Source: Geopsychrobacteraceae bacterium (lineage in GTDB: Bacteria > Desulfobacterota > Desulfuromonadia > Desulfuromonadales > Geopsychrobacteraceae). Taken from it: DNA of 64,000 nt. Positions 1 through 8,762 of the stretch are shown here, piece after piece; positions within the stretch are counted from its first letter, which is position 1, and each line of letters begins with the position of its first letter. A program made the translations under genes and the position numbers. Under the pieces are notes generated by a model that saw only the letters and a program-made list of their open reading frames with translations, made no database searches and was not told the origin of the DNA. The stretch covers positions 704,001 through 768,000 of the forward strand of contig OY759353.1 of assembly GCA_963662315.1 (NCBI GenBank), in the 5' to 3' direction.

Positions 1-189
1 TCTTCCCATTACTGGACCTCCATACATGGAACTAAAGCTGACGAAGCGGCGCAGGATATTGAAGGCCTGCAGATGATGCGAATTCTCGGTCGGAATATGG
101 CATGGCTACTTAAGTGTATCGACAATTCAAAAGGGCAGGTGGCTTACCCCGAGTTGGAAAAACGTACCAAATTCAGCTTAATCCGTTGA
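1..189 (+). CDS. Flavodoxin-like / iron-sulfur flavoprotein (NADPH-dependent FMN reductase family), 3' end only
   Basis: Manual translation of frame 1: SSHYWTSIHG...QDIEGLQMMRILGRNMAWLLK...SLIR*, the typical C-terminus of this family. Truncated by the window edge and absent from the ORF track. Confidence 0.75.
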   Translation, partial: SSHYWTSIHGTKADEAAQDIEGLQMMRILGRNMAWLLKCIDNSKGQVAYPELEKRTKFSLIR

Positions 190-195
190 TTAAAT

Positions 196-232
196 GTTAT
201 CCCTTCGGTTATCTCTTTTTTTAAGGGATAAC
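196..232. terminator. Inverted repeat, probable terminator of the flavoprotein gene
   Basis: GTTATCCCTT (196-205) pairs with AAGGGATAAC (223-232), starting 7 nt after the stop codon. Confidence 0.5.
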
Positions 233-320
233 CAAAAATAATTTCTGCTTATCAGCTAGTTAAACCAAAAAATAGTTTGGCGTTTGTCCCTTGCCAATGT
301 TACAACCGCGTACGCAACTG

Positions 321-346
321 ACCACAGGACTCTCCTGTGGTTTTTT
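321..346 (+). terminator. Intrinsic-terminator-like hairpin upstream of the ABC-F gene
   Basis: ACCACAGGA-ctc-TCCTGTGGT followed by TTTTT, about 30 nt before the ATG at 378. Confidence 0.55.
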
Positions 347-377
347 AATGTTAAAACCGGAATAAGGAACAAATCTA

Positions 378-2012
378 ATGATCAGTGCAAATAATATCGC
401 CCTTTCTTATGGCAAAAGGGTCATTTTCAAAGATGTTAATATTAAATTCGTTCCCGGCAACTGCTATGGATTGATTGGCGCCAATGGTGCTGGGAAATCA
501 ACGTTTCTGAAAATAATGGCAGGTGAAAAAGAAGCAGATAAGGGTGATGTCAGTGTTGGCCCTGGCGAGCGCATCGCCATGCTGCGTCAGGATCACTTTG
601 CGTTTGATGAGCACAGTGTCATCGACACAGTCATGATGGGTCATGAGCGTTTGTTTCAGGTCAAGCAGGAACGTGAAGCCATTTATGCCAAACCAGAATT
701 TACTGATGAGGATGGCGTGCGCTCCGGAGAACTGGAAGCTGAATTTGCAGAACTGAATGGTTATGAAGCTGAATCAGAAGCGGCGGTATTACTCAATGGT
801 CTCGGCATAACTGAAGATTATCTGAACCGGCCGATGAAAGATCTTGAAGGTGGAGAAAAGGTACGCGTTTTACTGGCACAGGCTCTTTTCGGCAATCCCG
901 ATATTTTGCTGCTTGATGAACCAACCAACCACCTCGATCTTAAATCTATCCAATGGTTGGAAGATTTTTTGTCACGGTTTCAGAATACCGTCATTGTTGT
1001 ATCCCACGACCGACACTTTCTTAATCAGGTCTGTACTCACGTTGCCGATATCGATTTCGGCAAGATTACTGTTTATGTCGGCAATTACGATTTCTGGTAT
1101 GAAGCCAGTCAGCTGGCCTTAAAACAACGCCAGGAAGAAAATCGCAAAACAGCTGACAAGGCTAACGAATTAAAGGAATTTATTCAGCGGTTCAGCTCCA
1201 ATGCGTCTAAAGCCAAGCAAGCAACCTCAAGGAAAAAATTGCTGGAAAAACTAACTATTGAAGAAATGCCGGTTTCTTCGCGCAAGTATCCTTTTGTGTC
1301 TTTTCGGCCGGAACGCTCCTGCGGTGATATTATTCTGGAGGTCAAGGACCTGTGCAAAAACATTGATGGTGTTAATGTACTGGATAACTTCAGCCTGACC
1401 TTGAATAAAGGGGACAAAGTTGCCTTTATCGGTGGCGACAGTCTGACCAAAACTACGCTGTTTCAAATCCTGGCAGGGGAACTCGAACCAGATAGCGGCT
1501 CCTTCCGGTGGGGTGTAACCATCACTCCAACCTTTTTTCCTATTGATAACAGTGGCTATTTCACCAAGGACTTGACCCTGATTGACTGGTTGTTGCAGTT
1601 TGCACCAACAGAAGGGGAGAGCTTCGCCCGTGGATTCCTTGGTCGGATGCTGTTTTCCGGTGATGAGGCCAGAAAGAAAGCGACGGTTCTGTCTGGAGGT
1701 GAACGTGTGCGCTGCATGCTGGCGAAGATGATGCTCACCAATGCCAATGTCCTGGTATTTGACGAACCGACCAATCACCTGGATCTGGAATCGATTACGG
1801 CGCTGAACAATGGTCTGATTGCGTTTTCTGATGTCATATTGCTGACCAGTCATGACCAGAAAATTCTGGAAACTGTTGCCAACCGGATTATTGAATTCAC
1901 TCCCCGAGGGTACATTGACCGGATGTTGAATTTCGAAGAGTATATTGAAAGCAGTGAAGTTGCCAAGGTCCGTGCTCAACATTACGATGGAGAAGTGGCA
2001 CTGAAGCTATAA
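378..2012 (+). CDS. ABC-F family ATP-binding protein (YbiT/YkpA-like)
   Basis: Two ABC domains (GANGAGKST, LLLDEPTNHLD, LSGGE, FDEPTNHLD) with an inter-domain linker and no TM segments. Confidence 0.93.
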   Translation: MISANNIALSYGKRVIFKDVNIKFVPGNCYGLIGANGAGKSTFLKIMAGEKEADKGDVSVGPGERIAMLRQDHFAFDEHSVIDTVMMGHERLFQVKQEREAIYAKPEFTDEDGVRSGELEAEFAELNGYEAESEAAVLLNGLGITEDYLNRPMKDLEGGEKVRVLLAQALFGNPDILLLDEPTNHLDLKSIQWLEDFLSRFQNTVIVVSHDRHFLNQVCTHVADIDFGKITVYVGNYDFWYEASQLALKQRQEENRKTADKANELKEFIQRFSSNASKAKQATSRKKLLEKLTIEEMPVSSRKYPFVSFRPERSCGDIILEVKDLCKNIDGVNVLDNFSLTLNKGDKVAFIGGDSLTKTTLFQILAGELEPDSGSFRWGVTITPTFFPIDNSGYFTKDLTLIDWLLQFAPTEGESFARGFLGRMLFSGDEARKKATVLSGGERVRCMLAKMMLTNANVLVFDEPTNHLDLESITALNNGLIAFSDVILLTSHDQKILETVANRIIEFTPRGYIDRMLNFEEYIESSEVAKVRAQHYDGEVALKL

Positions 2013-2032
2013 ATTATTTAAAAAACCGAACG

Positions 2033-2075
2033 AATAAGCGACCTGCTTACCAGTATGATAAGCAGGTCGCTTATT
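2033..2075. terminator. Bidirectional terminator between convergent genes
   Basis: 17 bp perfect inverted repeat AATAAGCGACCTGCTTA / TAAGCAGGTCGCTTATT. Confidence 0.8.
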
Positions 2076-2597
2076 TTATTCAGTTGTGTTCAGCATAGTT
2101 TCTGGCAGAGAAGGTATCAGCCTCAAGATTTCAGCAACAATCTGTTTTGGGGAATTATTTATATCAACCTGTATTCCATCGGTCGGTTGTTCAAGTGTTG
2201 CGATCTGACTATCAAGCAGGCTGTCATTCATATAGCGATGTTTACGCAACCCCAGACGAGGTTTGATAATATCGTGTGTCCCATGCAGGTAAATACTGAT
2301 AATTCTCTTTTGATCGACGCCTAATAGGTCTCGGTACGCTTGTTTTAGCGCAGAACAGGCTAAAATGCAGGTTTGACCGTTGGCCAACTTTTTGTCAAGA
2401 CAGTCATGTAATGCCAGCAACCAGGGACGCCGGTCTTCATCGGTCAATGGTATGCCAGCCGCCATCTTGGTGACATTTGCCTCGGGGTGAAAATCATCCC
2501 CTTCAATAAATTCCCACCCGGTCGTTTCAGATAATTCCTTTCCCACGGTCGTCTTACCACAACCCATTGGACCTATCAACACAATCGCTATCGCCAT
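2076..2597 (-). CDS. gntK: Gluconokinase (GntK/IdnK type)
   Basis: GPMGCGKTT P-loop, EGDDFHP..N..KM..GIPLTDEDR.PWL, and ACSALK..YR. Confidence 0.9.
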   Translation of the reverse strand: MAIAIVLIGPMGCGKTTVGKELSETTGWEFIEGDDFHPEANVTKMAAGIPLTDEDRRPWLLALHDCLDKKLANGQTCILACSALKQAYRDLLGVDQKRIISIYLHGTHDIIKPRLGLRKHRYMNDSLLDSQIATLEQPTDGIQVDINNSPKQIVAEILRLIPSLPETMLNTTE

Positions 2598-2774
2598 ATC
2601 AACACCTTGTTACAATTCATAGCAAATGATCATTAGCTGTTCAGAACAATCTGAACGCATACAAAATAATGTTCAGCAGTGTATCTCTTCATCGTTTTAT
2701 CAGGTACTAAAAAAATCAAATTATCTTATTTACACCATCGGAACAAAAACACGTCTCATGTAACCATTTTTAAC

Positions 2775-2811
2775 ATGAGTGTCTTTCATCTGTAGAGTGA
2801 AATTCTTTCAT
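2775..2811. promoter_or_regulatory. Tandem LysR-type boxes upstream of the por operon
   Basis: ATGA-N7-TCAT at 2775-2789 and GTGA-N7-TCAT at 2797-2811. Both contain T-N11-A and start 22 bp apart. A LysR gene lies at the end of the operon. Confidence 0.55.
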
Positions 2812-2880
2812 CAAAATTATTTACATTCGACATTTCGTGAGCTAATATCCGATAATTTTTTACAAAAAGGAGCTTTTGGC

Positions 2881-3474
2881 GTGAACAAGAATATTGAAAT
2901 ACGTTGGCACGGTCGTGGCGGGCAGGGGGCTAAAACCGCAGCATTATTGCTTGCTGATGCCGCTTTCAAAAATGGTAAATATGTACAGGGTTTCCCGGAG
3001 TACGGTCCTGAGCGGATGGGAGCTCCCATTACCGCTTTTAACCGGATCAGTGAAAAATGCATTCGTGTCCATTCCCATATTTATGAACCGGACCTGGTGG
3101 TTGTCGTCGACGAAACCCTGTTGGGAGCCGTTGATGTGACAGCAGGTTTGAAAAAGGGTGGAGCGGTTATCGTTAATACCAGTAGCGATACCAAATCAAT
3201 CCGATCTATCCTCGGCAATTTTTCCGGAGAACTGTTTACTGTTGATGCACGACGTATTTCTGAGGCAACCCTGGGTAAAAACTTCCCCAATACCCCCATG
3301 CTGGCAGCAGTCGTCGCTATAAGTGGAATCATCGAACGTGATGAATTCCTCTCTGATATGGAATCCTCTTTCCTCCATAAATTTGCAACCAAACCTGAAG
3401 TTGTCGAAGGCAATATGAATGCTTTGCGTATGACTTTTGACGAGGTTGCTCCGCGGCAGCTGGAGGTTGCCTGA
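2881..3474 (+). CDS. porC: Pyruvate/2-oxoacid:ferredoxin oxidoreductase gamma subunit
   Basis: EIRWHGRGGQGAKTA and FPEYGPERMGAP. Start moved to GTG 2881 after the AAGGAG RBS. Confidence 0.92.
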   Translation: MNKNIEIRWHGRGGQGAKTAALLLADAAFKNGKYVQGFPEYGPERMGAPITAFNRISEKCIRVHSHIYEPDLVVVVDETLLGAVDVTAGLKKGGAVIVNTSSDTKSIRSILGNFSGELFTVDARRISEATLGKNFPNTPMLAAVVAISGIIERDEFLSDMESSFLHKFATKPEVVEGNMNALRMTFDEVAPRQLEVA

Positions 3475-3476
3475 TC

Positions 3477-3779
3477 GTGAGTACGGACATCAGTAAAATC
3501 AATATTCATACGCCTCATGGTCAGTTGACAGAAGCTCTGACTGTAGTTGGAGGCGGCACCTCTGAAGCATTTCATACCGGAGACTGGCGAACTTCAACTC
3601 CTGTTTTTCTCGCAGGCAATTGCAAGCAATGCCTGTTATGCACGCCTACCTGTCCGGATAGCTGTATTCCCGTGATTGAAAGTAAACGGACTGATTTTGA
3701 TTTTAATTATTGTAAGGGCTGTGGAATTTGTGCCAATGTCTGCCCCTTCGGAGCGATTGAAATGAAGGAAGGACGCTGA
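3477..3779 (+). CDS. porD: Pyruvate/2-oxoacid:ferredoxin oxidoreductase delta subunit (2x[4Fe-4S])
   Basis: TGDWRT..P, CKQCLLC...CPD and YCKGCGICANVCP. Confidence 0.92.
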   Translation: MSTDISKINIHTPHGQLTEALTVVGGGTSEAFHTGDWRTSTPVFLAGNCKQCLLCTPTCPDSCIPVIESKRTDFDFNYCKGCGICANVCPFGAIEMKEGR

Positions 3780-3782
3780 GTT

Positions 3783-4964
3783 ATGGGCATTCGCGAACGT
3801 ATGTCTGGCAATGAAGCCGTTGCCTATGCAATTAAGCAGATTAACCCGGATGTTATGCCGGCTTTCCCGATTACCCCGTCGACAGAAATTCCGGAACAGG
3901 TTGCAACTTTCATTGCTAACGGTGAAATCGATACTGAATTTATCCCGGTTGAAAGCGAACATTCAGCCATGAGTGCTGCGGTAGGTGCTGCGGCCGCTGG
4001 TGCGCGGACCCTGTCTGCGACATCATCCTGCGGTTTAGCGCTGATGTGGGAGGAGCTTTATGTCGCTGCTTCTAATCGTCTGCCGATTGCTCTGGCTCTG
4101 GTTAACCGGACTTTGTCCGGACCAATCAATATTAACTGTGATCACTCCGACAGCATGGGGGCGCGTGATTCGGGATGGATTCAGATTTACGCTGAAAACA
4201 ACCAGGAAGCTTACGATAATTTTGTTCAGGCTTTTCGCATTGCCGAACATAAAAACGTGCGGTTACCCATCATGATCTGTCAGGATGGTTTTATTACCAG
4301 TCACGCCATAGAGAATATTGAGTTGCTGGAAGATCACCTGGTTAAAGAATTTGTTGGTGATTACGATCCAGAACAATACCTGCTCAACTCCGGAAAACCA
4401 TTGGCTATTGGCCCTTATGCAATTTCCGATTACGCTATGGAGGCTAAAAAGAATCAGGATCTTGCCATGGCAAAATCACGTCAGGTAATTCTTGATGTAG
4501 CACATGAATATGCTTCTGTATCCGGTCGTAAGTACGACTTTTTTGAAGAATATTGTCTTGCGGATGCGGACTACGCCATGGTGATTATCGGATCAGCCGC
4601 CGGAACAGCTAAAGATGCTATCGACGAACTACGTGCTCAGGGGGAAAAAGTCGGTTTGTTGAAGTTGCGGGTCTACCGGCCATTCCCCGAGGCAGAAATC
4701 GCACAAGCCTTAAAACATTGTAAAGCTGTGGCGATCATGGATCGCGCCGAATCTTATCGTGGCGGTGGCGGCCCTTTGGGAATGGAAGTCAATGCCGCTT
4801 TATTTAAATACAAGGTTTTTACTGAAACACGCAATTACCTTTACGGCCTGGCTGGTCGGGACTTCACGACCAACCAGGCCGCCGAAGTGTTCAGTGAACT
4901 CGAGATGATGATTAGTGATGATAAAAATGTCGCTGATTATCAATATATTGGATTACGAAAGTAG
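3783..4964 (+). CDS. porA: Pyruvate/2-oxoacid:ferredoxin oxidoreductase alpha subunit
   Basis: GNEAVA, FPITPSTEI, ESEHSAMS and ATSS.GL.LM.E. Confidence 0.93.
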   Translation: MGIRERMSGNEAVAYAIKQINPDVMPAFPITPSTEIPEQVATFIANGEIDTEFIPVESEHSAMSAAVGAAAAGARTLSATSSCGLALMWEELYVAASNRLPIALALVNRTLSGPININCDHSDSMGARDSGWIQIYAENNQEAYDNFVQAFRIAEHKNVRLPIMICQDGFITSHAIENIELLEDHLVKEFVGDYDPEQYLLNSGKPLAIGPYAISDYAMEAKKNQDLAMAKSRQVILDVAHEYASVSGRKYDFFEEYCLADADYAMVIIGSAAGTAKDAIDELRAQGEKVGLLKLRVYRPFPEAEIAQALKHCKAVAIMDRAESYRGGGGPLGMEVNAALFKYKVFTETRNYLYGLAGRDFTTNQAAEVFSELEMMISDDKNVADYQYIGLRK

Positions 4965-4977
4965 ACGGCCGATCACC

Positions 4978-5916
4978 ATGAGTCATTATATTTTTAAAGA
5001 AGTTATGGCCAAACCAGAACGTTTGGCTCCCGGACACCGGATGTGTGCTGGGTGTGGCGCGACCATTGCTGTACGCGCGGTATTAAGAGCCTTGAAAGAA
5101 GAAGATCGTGCCGTTATCGGTACCGCGACCGGTTGCCTTGAAGTCTCGACCTTTATGTATCCATACACCGCGTGGCAGGATAGTTTTATTCATAATGCTT
5201 TTGAAAACGCCGGAGCAACCATCGGCGGTGTCGAGGCAGCATACGCCGCCCTCAAAAAGCGTGGTAAAGTCAAGGACAACTACAAGTTTATTAGTTTTGG
5301 CGGTGATGGCGGAACCTATGATATTGGCTTCCAGTCGTTGTCTGGAGCGATGGAACGCAATCACGATATGGTTTATGTCTGCTACGATAATGGTGCCTAT
5401 ATGAATACCGGTGTGCAGCGCTCGTCTGCGACTCCTGCATGTGCCGATACAACGACAACGCCGGTCGGTAGCGTATCGACTGGCAAGCCACAAAATCGTA
5501 AGGATTTGACGAGTATTATTGCCGACCACAATGTTCCTTATGTGGCCCAAACCGTACCGATGGGCAATTTTAAAGATATTCACGTCAAATCAGAAAAAGC
5601 TATTTATACCCCTGGCGCAGCCTTTCTCAACGTTCTGACTCCTTGCCCTCGCGGATGGCGCTACAACAGTGGCGAGATCATGCAGATCTGCAGGATGGCG
5701 GTTGAAACCTGTTACTGGCCGTTATTTGAAGTCGAAAATGGCCAGTGGACGTTAAACTATCAACCCAAAAACAAGCTGCCTGTAGAAGAATTCCTCAAAA
5801 CTCAAGGACGCTTCAAGCATATGTTCAATAAGGGGAACGAAGCATTAATCGCACAATTCCAGGCGGAAGTCGATCGGCGCTGGGAAGATTTACTGTTCAA
5901 ATGCTCGCGTGTCTGA
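4978..5916 (+). CDS. porB: Pyruvate/2-oxoacid:ferredoxin oxidoreductase beta subunit (TPP-binding)
   Basis: GHRMCAGCG, ATGCLEV, GGDGGTYDIG...YDN..YMNTG and PCPRGW. Start set to ATG 4978. Confidence 0.93.
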   Translation: MSHYIFKEVMAKPERLAPGHRMCAGCGATIAVRAVLRALKEEDRAVIGTATGCLEVSTFMYPYTAWQDSFIHNAFENAGATIGGVEAAYAALKKRGKVKDNYKFISFGGDGGTYDIGFQSLSGAMERNHDMVYVCYDNGAYMNTGVQRSSATPACADTTTTPVGSVSTGKPQNRKDLTSIIADHNVPYVAQTVPMGNFKDIHVKSEKAIYTPGAAFLNVLTPCPRGWRYNSGEIMQICRMAVETCYWPLFEVENGQWTLNYQPKNKLPVEEFLKTQGRFKHMFNKGNEALIAQFQAEVDRRWEDLLFKCSRV

Positions 5917-5943
5917 TAATTTCTCCTTCCAGGAGAGATATAT

Positions 5944-6831
5944 ATGACACTACTGGCCTATCAGGTTTTTAAGACTGTGGTTGAGCAGGGTAGCTACCAG
6001 GCGGCAGCTAAACTGCTCAACCTAACCCCTTCCGCAGTAAGCCATACCATTTCATCAATGGAGAAGGAACTCGGCTCCCGTCTGCTGATCCGCAGCAAGG
6101 CAGGGGTCAGCCTGACCAGCTACGGTGAACATTTGCTCCCCTTTATTAACGCCGTCCTGAACAGTGAGGAAAGCCTGCAACAGGCGGTATCTCAATTTAA
6201 TGGTCTGCAGCAGGGGGAGATCAAGCTTGGGTGTTTTTCCAGCGTCTGTGTCCAGTGGATACCTGCTATTGTTAAGAATTTCCGGGAACGGTATCCAAAT
6301 ATCAGTATTGAGATTTATCAGGGTACTTATGATGATGTGACTGCATGGATCCGCAACGGAGTCGTCGATCTTGGCTTTTTGTCAGTCTCCAGTGCCGCCG
6401 GGCTGCCGATTACGCCATTGTACCGCGATCCGCTGGTTTGTGTCGGTCCCAAGGGATTCAGGGCACAGCGCAGCAGCAAGAGCGTTTCTCCTGAGGAATT
6501 GCGGGAATATTCTTTTGTTACCCAGCGAGAAAGTTGCGATGCGGATATCCAGAATTTCTTTTCGAAATACCAATTACAAATTCATTCGAGATGTCACGTT
6601 GTCGATGACTTATCAACTATCGCCATGGTAGCAGGAGGTTTGGGGATTTGTATTATGCCGCAATTGGTCATGGCCGATATTGACCACGCGGTTGATGTCT
6701 ATCCGATTGAACCAAGCGAATACCGTGTTATTGGTCTTTCCGTATCCAATTCACAGTATATGGCCCCAGCCGTTAAAATGATATTTCAGCATATTGTTGA
6801 TGAATATGGCCAGAAAGACATGATGTCATAA
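5944..6831 (+). CDS. LysR family transcriptional regulator
   Basis: N-terminal HTH (GSYQAAAKLLNLTPSAVSHTISSMEKELG) followed by a substrate-binding domain; 295 aa. Confidence 0.93.
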   Translation: MTLLAYQVFKTVVEQGSYQAAAKLLNLTPSAVSHTISSMEKELGSRLLIRSKAGVSLTSYGEHLLPFINAVLNSEESLQQAVSQFNGLQQGEIKLGCFSSVCVQWIPAIVKNFRERYPNISIEIYQGTYDDVTAWIRNGVVDLGFLSVSSAAGLPITPLYRDPLVCVGPKGFRAQRSSKSVSPEELREYSFVTQRESCDADIQNFFSKYQLQIHSRCHVVDDLSTIAMVAGGLGICIMPQLVMADIDHAVDVYPIEPSEYRVIGLSVSNSQYMAPAVKMIFQHIVDEYGQKDMMS

Positions 6832-6833
6832 TA

Positions 6834-6863
6834 AAAAAAGCCGGGCGTTCAACCGGCTTTTTT
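6834..6863. terminator. Bidirectional intrinsic terminator
   Basis: AAAAAAGCCGG-N8-CCGGCTTTTTT between convergent genes. Confidence 0.85.
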
Positions 6864-6884
6864 ATTCAAATATGTAACTTGGAA

Positions 6885-7586
6885 TTAGCGGCACATGCTA
6901 ATCAGAGAATTGAACTTTTCAAGAAAGTCTGGGTGGTTGGCGAGAAAGTCTTTGGACCAGTAAACGCCAACCGGTTTGTCTTTGGTCGTAATTAAAGTAA
7001 AGTCATCCATCGATAATTTCATGAGTTGAACAGCAGTACGCATGGCCAGATTGTTTGCATAAATTGCGTCGACCTTACCAGCTCTGAGTACTTCCACAAG
7101 CGTATGCATATCGATGATATTGTCTTCTGTCAGGTGATATTGATTGTCCTTCAGCCAGGTGACCATATTGCTCCCCGCAATACCCGTGACTTTTGCTTTT
7201 TCTTTAAATGATGGATCATTTGGGTTCAGTGGGTTGCTTTTTAATAAATACCAATTCCACTGCTGGTCTGCAATCGGTTGGGACAGTGTTGCATAGGCAT
7301 CTCTTTTGTCATTTTGGGATGCAGAGAAAAAGCCGTGGGCTTTTTGCTCCTTAACCTGTTCTTGTGCCTCTTTCCAAGGGAGAACGCGCATCTCGTAAGA
7401 TTTATCCATCATCTCCATAATGCAGGAAACAGTAGCGACAGCAAAACCATCGACAATATGGCTTTCATAGGTCTGGTAGGGTGCCCAGTCCTGGGTGGTA
7501 AGAATAATCTTTTCGTCAGAAAGAGTTTCTGCAAAACAGATTGAGGCAGTTAGTAGTAAGGTCAGGGTAATTAATATTAATTTCAT
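6885..7586 (-). CDS. Orphan periplasmic solute-binding protein (family 3-like), copy 1
   Basis: Signal peptide MKLILITLTLLLTASICFA, then TQDWAPYQ, PW..AQ..V and GKVDAI. Confidence 0.8.
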   Translation of the reverse strand: MKLILITLTLLLTASICFAETLSDEKIILTTQDWAPYQTYESHIVDGFAVATVSCIMEMMDKSYEMRVLPWKEAQEQVKEQKAHGFFSASQNDKRDAYATLSQPIADQQWNWYLLKSNPLNPNDPSFKEKAKVTGIAGSNMVTWLKDNQYHLTEDNIIDMHTLVEVLRAGKVDAIYANNLAMRTAVQLMKLSMDDFTLITTKDKPVGVYWSKDFLANHPDFLEKFNSLISMCR

Positions 7587-7690
7587 AGGTTCACCTAGCA
7601 TCTGTGGCTGTTGAATAAATACATCTAAGACCTATGAGTGAAGGTCTTAACGTTTATTGAGCTAAGAAAAATTTTCCCGAAGTTATTAAA

Positions 7691-8389
7691 CTATCTGCAC
7701 ATACTGATAAGAGAGTTGAATTTTTCAAGAAAATCCGGGTTTCTTTGTAAAAAATTATGTGACCAGTAAACCCCTAGCGGTTTGACTGTACTAACATAAC
7801 TTTTAAATAAGTCCGGTGACAAATGCATTGACTCTAGTGCTACGCGCATGGTGAGGCTATTGGTAAAAATAGCATCAACCTTTTTCTCAACGAGAGCGTT
7901 GACCAGTGTATGTGTATCGGTAATATTGTCCATAGTGATATTATAGTTTTTTGACTTGAGCCAAGCGACCGTGTTTGTGGCAGCGATACCTGTGACCCGA
8001 GCTGATTCAACAAACGATGTCGTGTTTGGATCAAGCTCTGAGTCTTTTAAGAGATACCAAGTCCATGACGATTCCGATATTGGAGATGACAGGGTGGCAA
8101 ATTTATCCCGGTTCGCATTCTGGGAAGCAGAAAAGAAACCAGCAGCCTTATCTTCTTTGACCAATTCCTGTGATTTTTCCCAAGGATAGACCTGTACTTC
8201 AAAGGGTCTTTCCATTATTTCCAAAACACACGAAACTGCCGCGACTGCAAACCCGTCAATGATATTACTTTCGTTGGTCTGGTAGGGAGCCCAGTTCTGG
8301 GTAGTGAGGATTACCTTTTCATTTTCAGCAAAACTGACTGTTGCAGATAGAAGTAAAAATACGACAACTGCGATATGTTTCATGGACAT
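7691..8389 (-). CDS. Orphan periplasmic solute-binding protein (family 3-like), copy 2
   Basis: Paralog of the adjacent gene (TQNWAPYQ, GFFSASQN, FLEKFNSLISMCR). Start moved to 8389 after AAGGAG. Confidence 0.8.
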   Translation of the reverse strand: MSMKHIAVVVFLLLSATVSFAENEKVILTTQNWAPYQTNESNIIDGFAVAAVSCVLEIMERPFEVQVYPWEKSQELVKEDKAAGFFSASQNANRDKFATLSSPISESSWTWYLLKDSELDPNTTSFVESARVTGIAATNTVAWLKSKNYNITMDNITDTHTLVNALVEKKVDAIFTNSLTMRVALESMHLSPDLFKSYVSTVKPLGVYWSHNFLQRNPDFLEKFNSLISMCR

Positions 8390-8762
8390 ATACTCCTTGC
8401 ATTCTGTCTGGCCTTCACCCTGAAGCTTTTTTATCACGAAAAGATACAAAGCGACGTGACCAATTACGACGTTGTTTTTTCAATTGATTATAATTAAAAA
8501 CCAGCATTACATTAAACTAATAATGATTGCATTACAAGATTGAAATGTCATAAATCACGACATTTTATGGGATGTGATCGTATGCTATTGATGGATGTGA
8601 GGAATTGAGCCTATCCCTTTTCTAAATTGTGTTCAGTGCGTTATACATCAGTGATATGTATAGGTATCCGGGGCGTTGTGCCTACATTCGCTCAACATTA
8701 AGTGTTTGTGTCGATTTTTAAGGGATTGCCTAATGAGGTGTTTCCTGCCAGGTTCAGGGATT

